A stretch of DNA of 64,000 nt from Lingula anatina (taxonomy: Eukaryota; Animalia; Brachiopoda): NCBI GenBank assembly GCA_051362555.1, contig CM120646.1, positions 3,968,001 through 4,032,000 of the forward strand. Reading direction: 5' to 3'. The notes under the pieces were generated by a model. The model did not search any database, was not told the origin of the DNA, and worked only from the letters and a program-made list of their open reading frames with translations. Positions 63,840 to 64,000 of the stretch are shown here, piece after piece. How positions within the stretch are numbered: the first letter of the stretch is position 1; every line of letters begins with the position of its first letter. The translations under genes were made by a program, and so were the position numbers.

Positions 63840-64000
63840 TCAGCCACAGTTATAGGCGTCTTCATTTCAGTGACACCAAAGTTTTAGTTTGACAATATAT
63901 TTGCGCCTGCGGACGTTGAGCATGTGCAAACTCATCTGTAAAATAGTAATAATATTTTAAATAAAAAGTTCGCGCACATACAAGTCCATTTGACCGTACA

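Overview
This is AT-rich, microsatellite-rich, intron-containing animal genomic DNA, most likely an invertebrate (lophotrochozoan/mollusc-like, which is an inference). Two spliced genes can be rebuilt by hand with GT-AG junctions and consistent phases. (1) Minus strand, 48594-32580: 27 coding exons, about 1847 aa, a DNAAF8/C16orf71/Daap1-like dynein assembly factor with a long C-terminal region of about five degenerate NDK-like repeats. (2) Plus strand, 50163-57276: 12 coding exons, about 731 aa, ANKS3 (ankyrin repeats, SAM, coiled coil). The two genes are head-to-head across a small CpG-rich interval, the same arrangement as human 16p13.3. Three consecutive DNAAF8 exons and one ANKS3 exon carry local duplications of their own splice junctions. 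The left 28.6 kb is CpG-retaining, mostly non-coding DNA. It holds a candidate signal-peptide first exon (minus, 18771-18717), clusters of Su(H), HES and bZIP-type motifs, a multi-hairpin element at about 8.2-8.4 kb, MITEs and microsatellites. Most ORF-track entries are spurious or are exon fragments. Gene identities rest on remembered motifs, not on database searches.
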